DNA of 64,000 nt, taken from positions 77,872,001 through 77,936,000 of the forward strand of contig NC_043002.1 of the NCBI RefSeq assembly GCF_006345805.1, given 5' to 3'. Source of the DNA: Octopus sinensis (Eukaryota). A program made the position numbers and the translations under genes. A model generated the notes under the pieces. It was not told the origin of the DNA. It ran no database searches and saw only the letters and a program-made list of their open reading frames with translations. Positions within the stretch are counted from its first letter, which is position 1. Every line of letters begins with the position of its first letter. Shown in pieces: positions 10,771-24,450 of the stretch.

Positions 10771-12650
10771 GGAAATAAAAATTAGTAACTTGCCAAATAT
10801 GCAAGATGTTCAATCGGCTTTTAAAATATTAGAAAATAGACACACCTGTCTGCTAGGGACAATGGAAACCCAATAAGAACAGATTCACACATTATATTGT
10901 CACATAAAAAGTAGAATTTTAAAAATTATTCTGTATTAGTAGAGAGAAAGAGAGAGAAACCAACAAGATTACTATGATATTTATCAAGTAACAATAGTTG
11001 AATTAAAATTTTCACTTTTGTCTCATTTTGCAGGTGGGTTTCTTAATATTTAGTCTTTTGCATTACATTTTCAATTGAAAATCGCAGCAAGTGCATTAAC
11101 ATTGCTTCCTGTTGTAAGATAAATTGAACTCTTAAATGGATTTATTCTTTTTTTTTCTTTTTTATAGTTTTTTTATTATGTTTATGTTGAAAGTAACTTT
11201 ACTAAATTCCCATAGTTTATGTTAGGAATGATATATCAGAGTACATACTTGTACTCTGATTTGAATGATAAATCTTTGATTTCATGTTTCTCTTCATTTA
11301 TATCATCAGTTTACATCCATTTTTCCATGCTGTTATGGGTTGGAAGGGGTTTGTCACTCATGATCCTTTTTTATTTTGCGAATACAGCTTCAAAGAAAAC
11401 TTAAATATTTTTGTTGAATCCCCTCTTATCTACATCACCTCTATTCATTCCTCACTTTCATTTCTGGACTAATTTTTACCTACATATATTATTACCTTGC
11501 TGGGAAGCAAGTGAGGGTTGGCAACAGGAAAAGCATTCAGCTGTAAAAAGAAAAAAAAAATCTATGTCGTCAAATTCCATCTGACCATGCAAGCACAGAA
11601 AAGCAGGCATTGAAATAATAATGATGATGGCAAAATTAAAAGCTTGCAATAAAAAGCCTTTACTAAGAGAATCATTTGAACATCACTGATATTTGCTTCA
11701 ATGAAAATAAAATAGTACATCTCATTTTACATTAGACTGAGTGGTAGTAGTGTAAGGAAGGGGAGGAATACATTCAATTGTAAAAAGAAATACAGCAAAA
11801 ATGTCAACTACAAACAATATGTATGTGAAGAGGACCTCCCCCTCCCATCTGTTTTTTTCTGTTTATCAATTTTATCATATATGAGCCTTTTCCACTCAAA
11901 ATGTATGTTTGTTATTACTTTATTTTTATTACTATTAATGTTTAAGTTAAACCATTTCGAATTTTGGTATGACAGACTCAGACTGGGATAATTGTTAAAA
12001 CTTCAGATGTGTGTTTTCCAGATGGTTGCTTACACTCCCTGTGGGTATCATAATTACCTTTAGAGGTGGGAGTTCAAAAACATATTCCCTTAAGCATGAT
12101 ATTCTAAACCAGAATTTGAAAAAAAATTGTATTTTATACACAAAAGTAAATGCGCTTTTATTCATCTTTATCTATGTAATCTATGTGATATGAATAGGTT
12201 TGGTAAATAAAAGGATAGGTTGTGTGAACTTTGCAAACCTCTGCCTGAGAATACAACATGATAGATTGAAAGTGAGCAAAATTTGAGAACAGAAAGCTGT
12301 AATAGTACTTGGGTAACTACAATATGAATGTCAAAGAAAGGAATGTAAAAAAATAATAAAAATGTTGATCAAAGACAGGCAGGTGGTGTCTACAATATTA
12401 GATAGACACCATTTTTATAAAGAAATTAATTTTTATGACAGCAAATTCAAGTTTGTGGGGAGAAAGGACCATATATCTGCTATCAATGGCTTATTATTGT
12501 CTGTATTTATGTAACTACAGTCTGCTCCAAAGTTACCTGCCATGAAGTAGGCCATGGGAATACTTTGAAAAGAGAAAGTTAGGTTTAGCAACAAACAGAA
12601 TCATCAAAAAGAAAATGAAAATAAGCTGGCAGTGAAATTAAAAGCCTGAT

Positions 12651-13052
12651 TCATCATCATCATTTTAATGTCCACTTTTCTGTGTTTGCATAAGTCAGAT
12701 GTAGTTCGTTGTGGCAGATTTTCTATAACCTGATGCCCTTCTTGTTGCCAAACCTCACCTATTTCCAAGCAAGGTAATGTTTCCTCATAGCCAGACATGG
12801 TTTTCAGGAACAACATTGCTTTTATCACAGTGATGCTCTTTTACAAAGATGATGTTGAGGCAAAAGTACACACACCACACATGCACATATACACATACAT
12901 TGGGCTTTTTTTCATTTCCCATTTACCAAATCTACTCACAAAGCTTTGATCAGCCCTGGACTTTAGTAGAAGGCACTTGTCCAGTGTGTCACATTGGGAC
13001 TGAACCCAAGACCACATGGATGGGAAGCAAGCTTCTTAATTATGCAGCCATA
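12651..13052 (-). mobile_element. Family A SINE head joined to a (GAT)n-ending RTE-type tail
   Basis: Family A head at ~12900-13052 (minus). The tail ends in ...GGACATTAAAATGATGATGATG on the minus strand. Confidence 0.7.
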
Positions 13053-14274
13053 TCTGTGTTTAATATATCTATAAAGCAATAGACCGACAAAATATGTGGA
13101 ATTCATTATATATATATTCTCTTGGTATTAAATTTTCTACTAGTGCCAGATTTCCATTGATTTTTTTCAAATTGCCAATATTGTCAATTGATTGCAGCCC
13201 CTAACAGAAGTGTTATTTTCCTTGTTTCTTTTCTTTTGATGATGATTGGATTTGAACTCAGAATGCACAGAGCCAAAACAGATACTCCAAAGCATCTCCT
13301 CCAATGGTCTGTCCTTGATAGATTAATTTTTTTTCTTTTTTTTTTTTTTCAATCATCCCTGAAAGGAGAAAGGGCAAATTTAAACTCTTAGTACCATGAG
13401 ACAGTCTGTCCAACACACTGAGTTTGATAGTTTACCGCATTGACTGGATAGATAAGTAGTATGCATAAGATTGAGTCTTGTCAGAAAAAAGAAAGCTATT
13501 AGAGTTGATAAACCATACTTATTATTAAGGTCACAACTGCATAAACAACATAAACTGAAATTTTAACAATAAAAGTCAAAAGTCTAGCTAACCATTCTTG
13601 TGTTGTATGTGTGCTTAAAAGTTCTGAAGTACAATTAGAAATAATAATAAATCTACTTACAAAATTAGGTAATCAGATCATGTGTAGTTGTAATCCTCAA
13701 AGATAAGCAATTAAACTCTATTGTCAATTTTGACAAAGGCAAGGGTTATTTGTGCACTTAAGAGAAACTGTAACGTTAGATTATATGAAAATTTATAAAA
13801 ATGGAGGTTTTTTAAATTTTTTTATAAGGTTTCTTTTTAAACAACACAATATGTGAGTTAGTTTTGATACATGAATGCTCAACCAATAAATACTATACTT
13901 TTTAATGGAACATTTTCAGAGAAATTTCCTGTCTTGTAAATAATATATTCCTTTCTATAGAAGAGAAATTATTCAAGGGTTGGGTCATAAAAAAAAAAAT
14001 TCATGTCTGAAAATGTTAAGAGGCTGGGTCAAGTTCAGCTATCTCACCTCTTGACACTCTTCTGAGTGCAGGTTTGGATATTTATAGTAACTCTTGTAAT
14101 CAAAACTCTCCCAAAGTAAGAACTGGGGAAGAATGTAAAGTCAGTGAGGTGATTTCATGTTCTTTTTAAGAAATCACTACGATGATACATAAATGTCTGT
14201 TATCTGGGTTTGGTGATGGAAAGAAAACCAATCTTCTGTTGCTGATAACAAATTAGTCTTGCCACATCTTTCTG

Positions 14275-14275
<1 letters not shown>

Positions 14276-14364
<89 letters not shown>
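14276..14364. repeat. Compound (TC)n(TA)n microsatellite
   Basis: Directly visible. Confidence 0.95.
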
Positions 14365-14368
<4 letters not shown>

Positions 14369-15054
14369 ACTCGATAGTCAATTGCATCTTGAACAAAAGA
14401 AAGGGTTATTTCTTTCTTTTAGCTTCTTTTTTGAAAAATTAAGATACTTCAGGATTAAAACTTTGAAGAGCTGCTTTCCACGCAAAGCTTGGTTGCTAGA
14501 AATGTATGGAGAGGAAATATATATGTATATAAGGTTAGGTTAATGAACTTCTAATTACAGTCGGGCTAATAAAAAAGTAAAGTACTTTGGTTTTTCATGA
14601 AAAAACAGTTCCCTTGGTGGTAAACTAGTTATGTCTTTGTTTAAATTGTTGCAGACTACAAGATAATGAGCAAAGGAAATTTGAAATACCACAGGAACTG
14701 GAGGAAAAGAAATTTAAAATACCTTTTTTATTCATTTACTTGTATTATAGCCTCTACCTTGGAAGATTTTTGTCTATTATTTCAACCCTTATATTTTGTC
14801 TGCTAGTCATTTTATTGATCTCATTAAATAACTCAGTGGGAGACAAATGCTGGAAGGTATTTCTTTTAATGTGCCAGTTTTGTTCACCTCAAAATTAATA
14901 TAAATATACACACACAGCTATGCGAGAATGAAAGACAACTCAGAATAACAAGACCCCGAGATATAAAAGATTTGCAAGCGAGCATATCAAACAGTTTTCA
15001 TTTTCAGCTGCTTAATGAATATCACTACAGTTTTGACCCCTGGGCAGTACCATT

Positions 15055-15060
15055 TACACA

Positions 15061-15103
<43 letters not shown>
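15055..15103. repeat. (CA)n microsatellite
   Basis: Directly visible. Confidence 0.95.
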
Positions 15104-15106
<3 letters not shown>

Positions 15107-15377
15107 ATGCTTGTGTCCTCTTGTCTTGACATTTACATACTGATTGTAAACAGTCATGATTCGTTCAAAGCATGCCATTTGTTTATACTCTTCTGTGAAA
15201 ACATGACCAGCCATTCAGTTGGTCATTGTTTGAAGAGCCAGGGTATTACCTTTCCTTGAAAACAGGTGAGGATTGGTGACAAGAAGAGCATTGGGCCATA
15301 GACAAATCTATGTCAACATGTTTCACCTGACCAATGCAAGCATGATAAAGTGGGCATTAAAAAGGATGAGGATAAAG

Positions 15378-15409
<32 letters not shown>

Positions 15410-17169
15410 CAGGCTCAGTTTCTTACTATCAAATTTCACTCACAAGGTATTGGTCAGTCACAGGTTATGGTAGAAGTGAAAATGAAGTTGAAATTATGTG
15501 GTGCAGTGCAAACATTTTAGCCATACAGCTTTGACAACCCCACTTATCAACTTTTGTAAAATATTTTGCAATCACTGCACTCTTTTTTTCCAGAATTATA
15601 ATGACTGCTATATTTTTTACCCAATGTTGTAAAATTGGTTTTCACTGAAGAAAAGAAACACCTGTTTATTTTATTGGGTTTCTAACAAACGTATGAAGTA
15701 ATGCACAATATAAAATCACAGTATATATATATATAAAAAGAGGTCTGAATTGAAGAATTCACAAGGCGTTTTGATTTTAATCATTTTCAAATCCATATAT
15801 TACTAGATAGGATCATGTTAAAAATGTTCATGTACACTTACTTACTGAATCTGATGCCTATATAGATTAGAAAATTGGAGACTACAAATAATTTAACTCA
15901 GTGTTGTATATAAAGGTAAAAAAAAATAGTGTAGAATATTGAGAAAAAAATTACTTCTCAGGATTGTGCATTCCAAAAATTCTTTGTTTATGTAAATTCA
16001 TGTTTACACACGCACTTGATACAATCATACATACACATATCTGTACATACTCACACAAACCAGACTTACTGTCTACAGATAAAAAGCAACAAATGGTTTC
16101 TTTATTATAACTTTTAGTTATTTATTCATGTATTTTCACACAACAATTTCTATTACTGAAAGGTTTCAAAATTAAATTCATTTATATATTGACTTTCACT
16201 GATACAGAAATAGATGTTCTAAGTGATTCAACTGATATAATGCATTAATCAGGCTGGACTTTTTGAGGGGTTTTTTTTTTTTGTTGTTGTTATGATTTTG
16301 TTTTCTGTACCTTGACTATGTGAGCTGCTGCTGTTTTTGTTGTTGTTGATGATTTTTGTCTCATTTCAAAAATACATTAAGAATGTTCTTCATAACTATT
16401 TCTGTCAGTGATAAGTACCTTAGAGTAGAAGTAAATTCTTTGTAAAGCCAAGTCCATTTCATTTCAGGTTGTTAATGCCAGTGAGAATTACTCAATTATA
16501 TTTATGATATTGAAGGCTGAACCAATGTTTTTTTTTTTTACCTTTGAACAGTGATGTCATTGGTTACAGTGTTCTCCAGTAGACCAATGACTGAATCACT
16601 GATGGCAAAAATGATAATAGAGTGTGCAGTTTCTGGCTCCTAAATTCCACTTACATGATATTGGCCAAATGCACAGCTATGTCCATATGAAAGTGAAACC
16701 TGTTTATATACTGCATGCCAAGTGTTCCATGCTTGAATAAAGTAGTTTTCATATTAGTGAAAAAAAATAGTATGTATCAGTGTATGTATGTGTATGTAAA
16801 GATGAAGATGTAATAATAGTTTGGCAATGAATATACTTATTCACAGATAATCTGTTCACCAGCAGTGTCAGGAATATATTTTGCTTTTAAAAAAAAAAAT
16901 TCCTTTTTAGTCTCTATCCTCCAAGCTCTGAGTTTAATATTGTTTAGTCATAGAATAGTTCTTTGGGATCCGTCTTTGAACTTCTCATTTATTTTAGTTT
17001 AGCGATAGTTATGATAGTTAGAAAGTAATGATAAAGCATCATTTCTTTTGACTTACTTAGAACTAGTGAACCCTGAGCAGTCTGGTTTATACATGTATGT
17101 GAATATAAAATACATACATACATGCATGCACATACAGTATCATTCAGATGAAACAGTATTCCATTGTAT

Positions 17170-17740
17170 GTCCTACGTGGGTTTGTAGAGCCAGTAGTTG
17201 TTCAGAGTTGAAGTATTTATTTTCTCTTTGAAGAGGAAGGCTAGTCTTTAGGATGCAGTTTTTGCTATATTATGACTGTGGAATTGTCGGTGACTGATAC
17301 CTAATATATATATTAGCAGAGTTGATTGAAGTGCTACTGGTGACAAATGAATTTCTCTTGCTGAAGCAGAATCTATTAGGTTAGGTATGAATAAGGAGCA
17401 TGATGTTCTCTGAAAAGTAAGGTAAGTTTGGGGAGTCTAGAAGCATTGCAACAGCTGGGAAATGTGAGCTGGGTATGTTTTACATACAAGACTTTTAGCA
17501 TGTGGTAGTTGGAAAGTAATGAAGTATTGCTCCTGCCTTTATAAATACAGTTTTTATCAGCCAGAAGTGCAGGAGAAATTGGTTACATGCCAATGGAAAA
17601 GATTGTGAGTTGACAATGGAGAACAACTGATACAAAAAACAGGCCAAAGAAGCTGAAAGAATTAATAAAGAATATAAATATGACAACAGTTGAATGTGCA
17701 GATGAGATGATAATACAATCATAGAAATTAGAGATACTCT
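17170..17740 (-). mobile_element. Highly decayed LINE ORF2 C-terminal fragment (CR1-like)
   Basis: Minus-strand fragments IKAGAILHYF and MLKVLYVKH, plus a downstream ..TLEQ-like stretch, recall the post-RT region of CR1-group LINEs. Many frameshifts. Confidence 0.35.
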
Positions 17741-18260
17741 GAGTTATTATCATTGTTTCATCTCTATATCAAATCTTTTCAATTTTTTTTTATTCAAGTG
17801 TGTGTGAAGTCTTTGCCTTCTCAACAAGGAAGAGATACAATAATGAGCAAATTAACAAGTGACTCACTGTTTTTGGTTGTCCCACAATTGCAGAAATGAG
17901 GTTACCTATGTTCACATTCCATTATTAGTATCTCTGGTTAGACCAAATCAAACACGAGTTCAATTAAAAATTTCCACTCCATGCCAGCTTCTAGTCTTTT
18001 GACAAATTCTCTGCTCGTAATTATGCTCATATCACCATAATTCTTTGTAGGTAGATTCTTTGGAATGGTGGACATTATATAATTTTTTTTTTTTTTATAT
18101 CTTGATTTTAATGTCCTTATTATGAACGTCTTATATAAAACATTCGCTGGCAATAGATTTTTTTTTTTTCCCCCTCCAGAAGTTAACCTGTGATCAAAAC
18201 TTGATGTTGAGTTTTTGATTTAGAAGTCAAATAAGATTTGGTATCAATTAACACTATTAA

Positions 18261-19333
18261 CCCTTTCGTGCCCAAAGCCGCCCGAAAAAAATTTTGGTTA
18301 ATGTGACCAAACCGCCCAAACCCGCCCGTATTTACCTATTCATATTTAAATGAGAATATCAGAGCAAATCTCTTTAGTACATTCGTGAAAACACGTATTA
18401 TACTTCGTAAACAGTTCAACTACAGTTTTGTACAACAATCGAAGTGTAATTTTAATTCCGTGAATTTTGGGAGATTTTTTTCCGAAATTTGTTCCTGTTG
18501 TGTTTTCAAAATTTGTAATTCTGACAAAAAATGGATACGAATTTCATTATATCAAGCAGCGAGTCAGAATTCGAAGGATTTTCTACTGAAGACCTTCATA
18601 AATCTAACTCTGTGACTGAAAAAGAAAAGCACGTGGTATTTGATAATGAATCTGATGTTTCATTTTCCAAAAGTGAAAACAGTGAATCCGAGAGCTCCGA
18701 CAGTGATAAAGAAAATGAATTGGCACCTGAATGGAGTGAAAATTTAAGAACTGTTTCTTTCGGTGATTTTTCTGAAGAAACTGGACCAAGACACAGACTT
18801 TCCCAGGAGAGTAAAGTGATAGACTATTTCTTTTTACTTTTTCTGATGAGTCTATTTGAACTCATTACGGCGGAAACGAACCGTTACGCTAAATGTAAAC
18901 AAAGCGAAAGAAAGGATAGTTTGTGGTTCCCACAACCTTAAATGAAATTAAGACTATTTTGCCATAAATATTATTATGGGTATCAGAAAGTTACCCAGAA
19001 TAACAAATTCTATCGTAAAATTTTGTTGTATACCCAATTGAATATTAGCTAATAACCCATTTTCTATAGCGATGTTTGAACAAAATTTTAATAATTTTAT
19101 ATTTTGGTGAATTTACCTGTATCTACCTGCAATTAGAGTCACTTTGTGACAAAAATTATAGTATAGAATTGGTTGAGAACATTTCATTAAATTATCTTCC
19201 AAAAATCACTAATATATTAATAAATAAAAAGTTCTAGTTGTTTAATGAAACCAGACTAAATTTATGATTATGTTAGAAATTAATTGAAACACATAAGGGG
19301 TGTATTTTGGTCAGAAATATAGTAACGAAAGGG
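18261..19333 (+). mobile_element. Internally deleted piggyBac transposon (1073 bp)
   Basis: TTAA TSDs at 18257-18260 and 19334-19337. TIRs CCCTTTCGT / ACGAAAGGG. CpG-rich. Contains a transposase N-terminus. Confidence 0.92.
18531..19010 (+). pseudogene. piggyBac transposase N-terminal fragment (frameshifted, truncated before the catalytic core)
   Basis: ORF 18531-18941 has an acidic Ser-rich N-terminus then F.EETGP...DYFFLLF...LFELITAETNRYA, typical of piggyBac/PGBD. Continues in other frames as TTLNEIKT and AINIIMGIRKLPRI. Confidence 0.88.
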
Positions 19334-20599
19334 TTAAGGACAGAGAAATTGGACAGAAATTAGGTTTCAAGTAAATATGGTAATTGGAATGGATTTGACA
19401 ACATTACTGATGGTGATTTCTTTGAGGATTGGTGTCAACGATATTGGCTTAGATGCATGTTACACAATTTCTTACGTCTAATACAATTTACAATTTACTT
19501 ATTAAGTGTTAAGATTACCATCAATCTAATATTAGCATGCACACACACGCCAGCGTGTTTTACTTAGTAGTATTGCATATATACAGATACACAATATATA
19601 CAGACAGATATAACAATATAAATTTTCGATAGGCATGTCTTACCTGTTTCTGACTAATTTTGACACTGGCGTTTGTTTCATCATAAACTAAAAATAGCTC
19701 TAGAGATTTCCAAACTTTCTTTAGGTTTCCTTTTGCCGTGTTTTACCTTTTTTTTTCTTTATTTCTTTTTCTTTAACTGATAAAGCAACTTGTTTCGGAA
19801 GTACGTAAACTAAAAAAGAAATTAAAAGTAAAAGCAGAAATGTGGTGATTTTGTCAAAAACAGGAAATAGAGTGGGGAGGGATTTTGTTTTTATTTACTA
19901 AAATTTTAACTAGTTCTGCTTGTAATGTTAACTCTTAGAAGATAAGATTTCAACATGTTTATATTTAAATTGTTTCAAAATCCTTTTCAGTTTTGGTACT
20001 GCCATTTGAGATTTATGGTCCCTAATGTTTCACAAATACACTTTTTCTTGTTATGCTTTTTGTTTTGCTCTTTGTCCCATTTTCTTTGTTTTCCTCTCAA
20101 TGGTAATTTCTGTAAAACTTTAGGAAAGTAGGCCATGTGTTATAAAGCCATTGTCAGTTGATGGATTTGGTGGGTGGCATGTATTTTTGGGGATTTTTAA
20201 AAATTTTAATTGAAAGCTTAGCTACTTGTGTAATGCAATCAGCTCTGATAGTAGCCAATGATTCAGATAAGCATTGAGTTTAATTTAGCATGTAAAACAT
20301 ACTTTTTTAAAGCAGATTTTTTTTTCCATTTACTTAGTAATTTTCTTTTATTTATTTACTTTCAAATGTAGAAAGGATTTTAATGTGTGTATATCTAAGT
20401 TTGTAATTCTCGTTCTATTTTGCCAGTGTAAATGATTTCCTCTTGAGATTTTTTTCCTTTTTTTTTTCCTTTTTTTCATTGTAAATTAGTCTTTCTATTG
20501 GTACGTGCTTTATTTAGTTTCATTTGTAAGAGATAAAGTGATTGAAGTAGTCGGGGTGTGCAATGGGATAATCATGGTAAAAGTAATTAAATAGAAAAC

Positions 20600-22210
20600 T
20601 ACCCTTTATCTTCATATGCACCACAGGCAGAGTTGTGAATTGAATAGGACTGCTTGTGCATGAGACCCTTCTGCAAACTACCTCAGTGACTTCATTATCA
20701 TGGCTGGCAGCTTCAACATACATGTTGGCCAACACAATGATAGCTTCTGTAACATTACATGGAAGCTATGGATGTGGTTGAAGAAATGAGGAAAATGTAA
20801 GCTCCTGGAATCTATGATGCAACTGACCTAGCAATTTGCAAGCTAGTGAATTAAGTGTCAGAGTTAGGTAGACACAAAAGAAAATGTGATAATATAGAGA
20901 AGCAAGATATGGAAGCTAATAGGTCAAGTATTTGGAAATAGGTTTAGAGAAAATCCAGTTCATATGTGGTAGAGATTTAGAGATAGCATAGATGACAACT
21001 GGTACTTCTACAAAATAATTGATTAGGATTACAGATCAGACATGTGATTATGGTAAACTCCCAACCAAACTGAAAATAGCATGGTGGTGGCATAACATGG
21101 TTGATAGGGCAGTGTGGGCTAAGAAACTGGCTTGAGAAACCTGGAAATAAGATGGTAGTAGGGAGCATTATTAAATGGCTAGAACAGCTGAGCTACAGGT
21201 ATACTTGGCCATGGGTAAAGCAGAAAGGAAAACACTTGTACATGTCTTGCAACATTAGGTTCAGAGGCATAAGGTGTTCCGGATTGCAATGTTATAAAAG
21301 AGACAGAGAACCAGGATGTCATTGGTGAGAAACGGTTTATTCAAATTGATGAAGGCATATTTGCCATTGATATAGAAAACAAGGAGTGTGGGATAAAAAA
21401 GAGCTTCCTCATGCTGATGCTATTGAGAGACCAACAGTTCAAGTTGACAATAGCATAGTACATAAGAATTAAAGACCTAAAGAGAGGGATAGTTGCAGAG
21501 ATACTTTAAATATCTGAAGTACAACACATGATAACCACCTGGATAGTTAATCAAGATATACAGAAAGGAATTGTATCCAATGACTGATGTGGCAGTATCA
21601 TTGTAAGCTACTACAAAGGCAAAGGAGATGCCTTAAATAGAAGAAATTATAGAGGAATCAAACTACTGTATCAACTTAAGAGAGAATAATAGCACAATTG
21701 ATTTTTAATAGAGTTGATATAGTTTGGTTTTGTTCAGAACATAGCTTCCAAATGTGGCAACTACAGAGAAATACTTGGTTAAGAGTAAATCACTATTTCT
21801 GATATTCATTGACTTGGAAAAGGTATTGACAGAATATTATGTTCAGTAATTTAGTGGTCACTAAAGAAATTAGGAATAGACAAATGGCTGGGGAGGGTTG
21901 TACAAGCTAACTACTATGTAGTAGTAAATAAGGTGAATGTCAACAACAATTTCAGTGATGGATTTAGCAAAAAGATAGGCATCTATGGAGGTTTAGTCTT
22001 CATGTTCATCGTAGTCTTACAGCATTACAGAAGAGTTTAAAACTGGCTGTCTATGTAAGAGAAGTCTTACATACTGATGACCTATTTTTTATAGTTGAAT
22101 CTATAGTGGGGTTAGAGAGGAAGTTTCAGGAAGACCTTGAATTAAGAGGAATTAAAGTAAACTTAGCAAAGATTAAAGGTTTAGTCAACAGAAAAGATGG
22201 AACCCTGCTG
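20600..22210 (+). mobile_element. Decayed RTE-clade LINE (APE end plus RT)
   Basis: Ordered motifs: AGSFNIHVG (~20703), WWHNMVDRAV (~21085), YYKGKGDALNRRNYRGIKLL (21609-21668), FIDLEK (~21805), TDDLFFIVES...LELRGIKVNLAKIK (~22073-22177). Many stops and frameshifts. Confidence 0.88.
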
Positions 22211-23670
22211 TAATTTAATGAGTAGAACTGTATGCTTCACTGACTTTTGATACCACTCACCTTTCTCACTACTCGGAACCATTTCATTTGGTATCCGTCT
22301 TGCATTCTTGATACTTAATGTTTACCAATTCTGCCATGCCATCATCACCATGATATTTACACCTGCTATTTCTATGCTGGCATGGATTTCATGTGGCTTC
22401 TTGAGGCATTATTCTATAACTGGTTGCACTTCCTAACACCAGTCTTTGTTTTGATGTAAGGTATTTTAATTTCACTGGTCTTCGTATACCAAAAACACAT
22501 GTATGGAACATAAAGAAATATTACCACCACCCACCCAGGTTCATGCATGCACACACACACACACACATGCCCATATATATATATATATAATGGTCTTCCA
22601 TACTGTTTCCATTTTCCAGATTGTACTCAGAGTATTAATCACCCTAGTGCTATATTGTAGAAGACACTTGTCCAAAAAGTCACTCAGTGAGACTGAATTT
22701 TCCTCAAATATTATTTATCTCTACTCATTCATAAAGTAGTTGAGGTAGAGGTGTGGTGGGTACATTTCTAAAAGGTGGGAAGGAAGGAACTTGCTGTTTT
22801 TTAAAGGATGAATCATTAGTGAATGAATAGGCTGTTTGATAAGTCGGTTCCTCTATAGCAATCTGTTTATTTTTTCAGGCTACCAGATATTAGATATCTC
22901 CCTAAGTAAGTTGGGTTTAATGAACAATAAGATTCACATGGTGTGTATGTGCGTATATGTGTGAGTGTGTGTGTGTGCTGCAAAGAGAGTCCTCTTCAAC
23001 TGTCTGTGATTTGGCTAATCTACACTCTAAAACCACTGGCTGGCCCTTTGTCAAATCTCTCTCTCTCTCTCTTTCTCTCTCACACTCACACACAGTTTCT
23101 GCTATCCTTTTTAAGCTTTCTTTAACTATACATCATTTAATCTCCATATAAAACTGTAGCCTACTTAGAACATTGAAAACTAAGCAAAAAAAAAAAGAGA
23201 GAGAGAGATAGGGAAATACATATATAGAAGAATTTGAGCTTTTAGACTCACATGACTATTTTAGGCTAAACATGATCAATGAAATAAGCAGAATGGCAAA
23301 CCAAGAAGGGAGGCACTAAATGGTCACTGTACCTTCTCAAACCAGCAGCCAAATCTTATTCAAATCACACTGTAGTCTTAAAATGAGAGACTTATTGGGT
23401 AATGTGCTTAATCCTAGATATATTATAACTGCAAAAAATATATGACTGGTCACAGCTGGAATGACTCTTATTAACCTGCTTGATCAGGGTTAAACAAGGA
23501 CTGAACAATAAGTAGAAATACTTACAGGAGGTCTAGTGGTTTTTAACCTGAGTGGTAGTACTCCTTTGGATATATTATGAGCTCATAAGGGGGTACTGGG
23601 TGTTTAGAAGAATTTTGATTTTTGTCTTAGCACTAGAATATTTGAATCGAGTACAATTCTTATATTTTAA

Positions 23671-23869
23671 CCCTTTTATCATCCAGATTACTTTGTCAAA
23701 TGTAATGCTTATTTATTCACATTGTTTGGAATTAGTCATGGCTTATCTTGTAGCATCAAGATTTTGTTGATGTGATTGTTTATTTTAAAATTGACATATT
23801 ATAGAGTGTGTGATATAGACTGGATCTGGCCAGTTGGGGCCTAGTGTGGCTGGTTCAAATGCTAAAGAG
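23671..23869. mobile_element. TTAA-flanked MITE (second piggyBac-like family)
   Basis: TTAA at 23667-23670 and 23870-23873, with decayed TIRs CCCTTTTATCAT / ATGCTAAAGAG. Confidence 0.6.
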
Positions 23870-24175
23870 TTAAACAGATTACAGACCACACTTCTTGTGT
23901 GACAGTGACATTTGTTTCCAGTTAGCATGTGATATTAAAACAAGGAAACAAATGCACATCTTTACATATGCATACACTCATGCATTACACAACATAGCAG
24001 TTTTCTCAGTTTTCACCTAAATTCTCTCAACAGCTTGGTTACCTTAGGGCTGTAATAGAAAACACTTTGTCAAAGTGATGTGTTGTAGGACTGAACTCAA
24101 AACCAATTTTGGTTTCCAATGAACTTCTTAACCCCCCCCCCCCCAGCATATCTGTACCATTAGTGTGTATTGCTT

Positions 24176-24450
24176 ATCTCTTATCTTTTACTTGTTTCAG
24201 TCATTAGACTGCAGCCATGCAAGGGCACCTCTTTGAAGAATTTTTAATTGAATGAATCAGTGCCAGCACTTTTTTTAAAGCCTAATACTTATTCTATCAG
24301 TTTCTTTTTACTGAACCACTAAGTTATGGGGATCAAAACACTAACACCAGTTATCAAGGAGTGGTAAGGGACAAATACAGACACACATACATACAACAGG
24401 CTTCTTTCATTTTCCATCTACCAAATCCACTCACAAAGTTTTGGTCAGCT
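24176..24450 (-). mobile_element. Family A SINE, 3' two-thirds
   Basis: tcttttacttgtttcagtcattagactgcagccatgc is the reverse complement of the family A 3' end. Confidence 0.8.
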
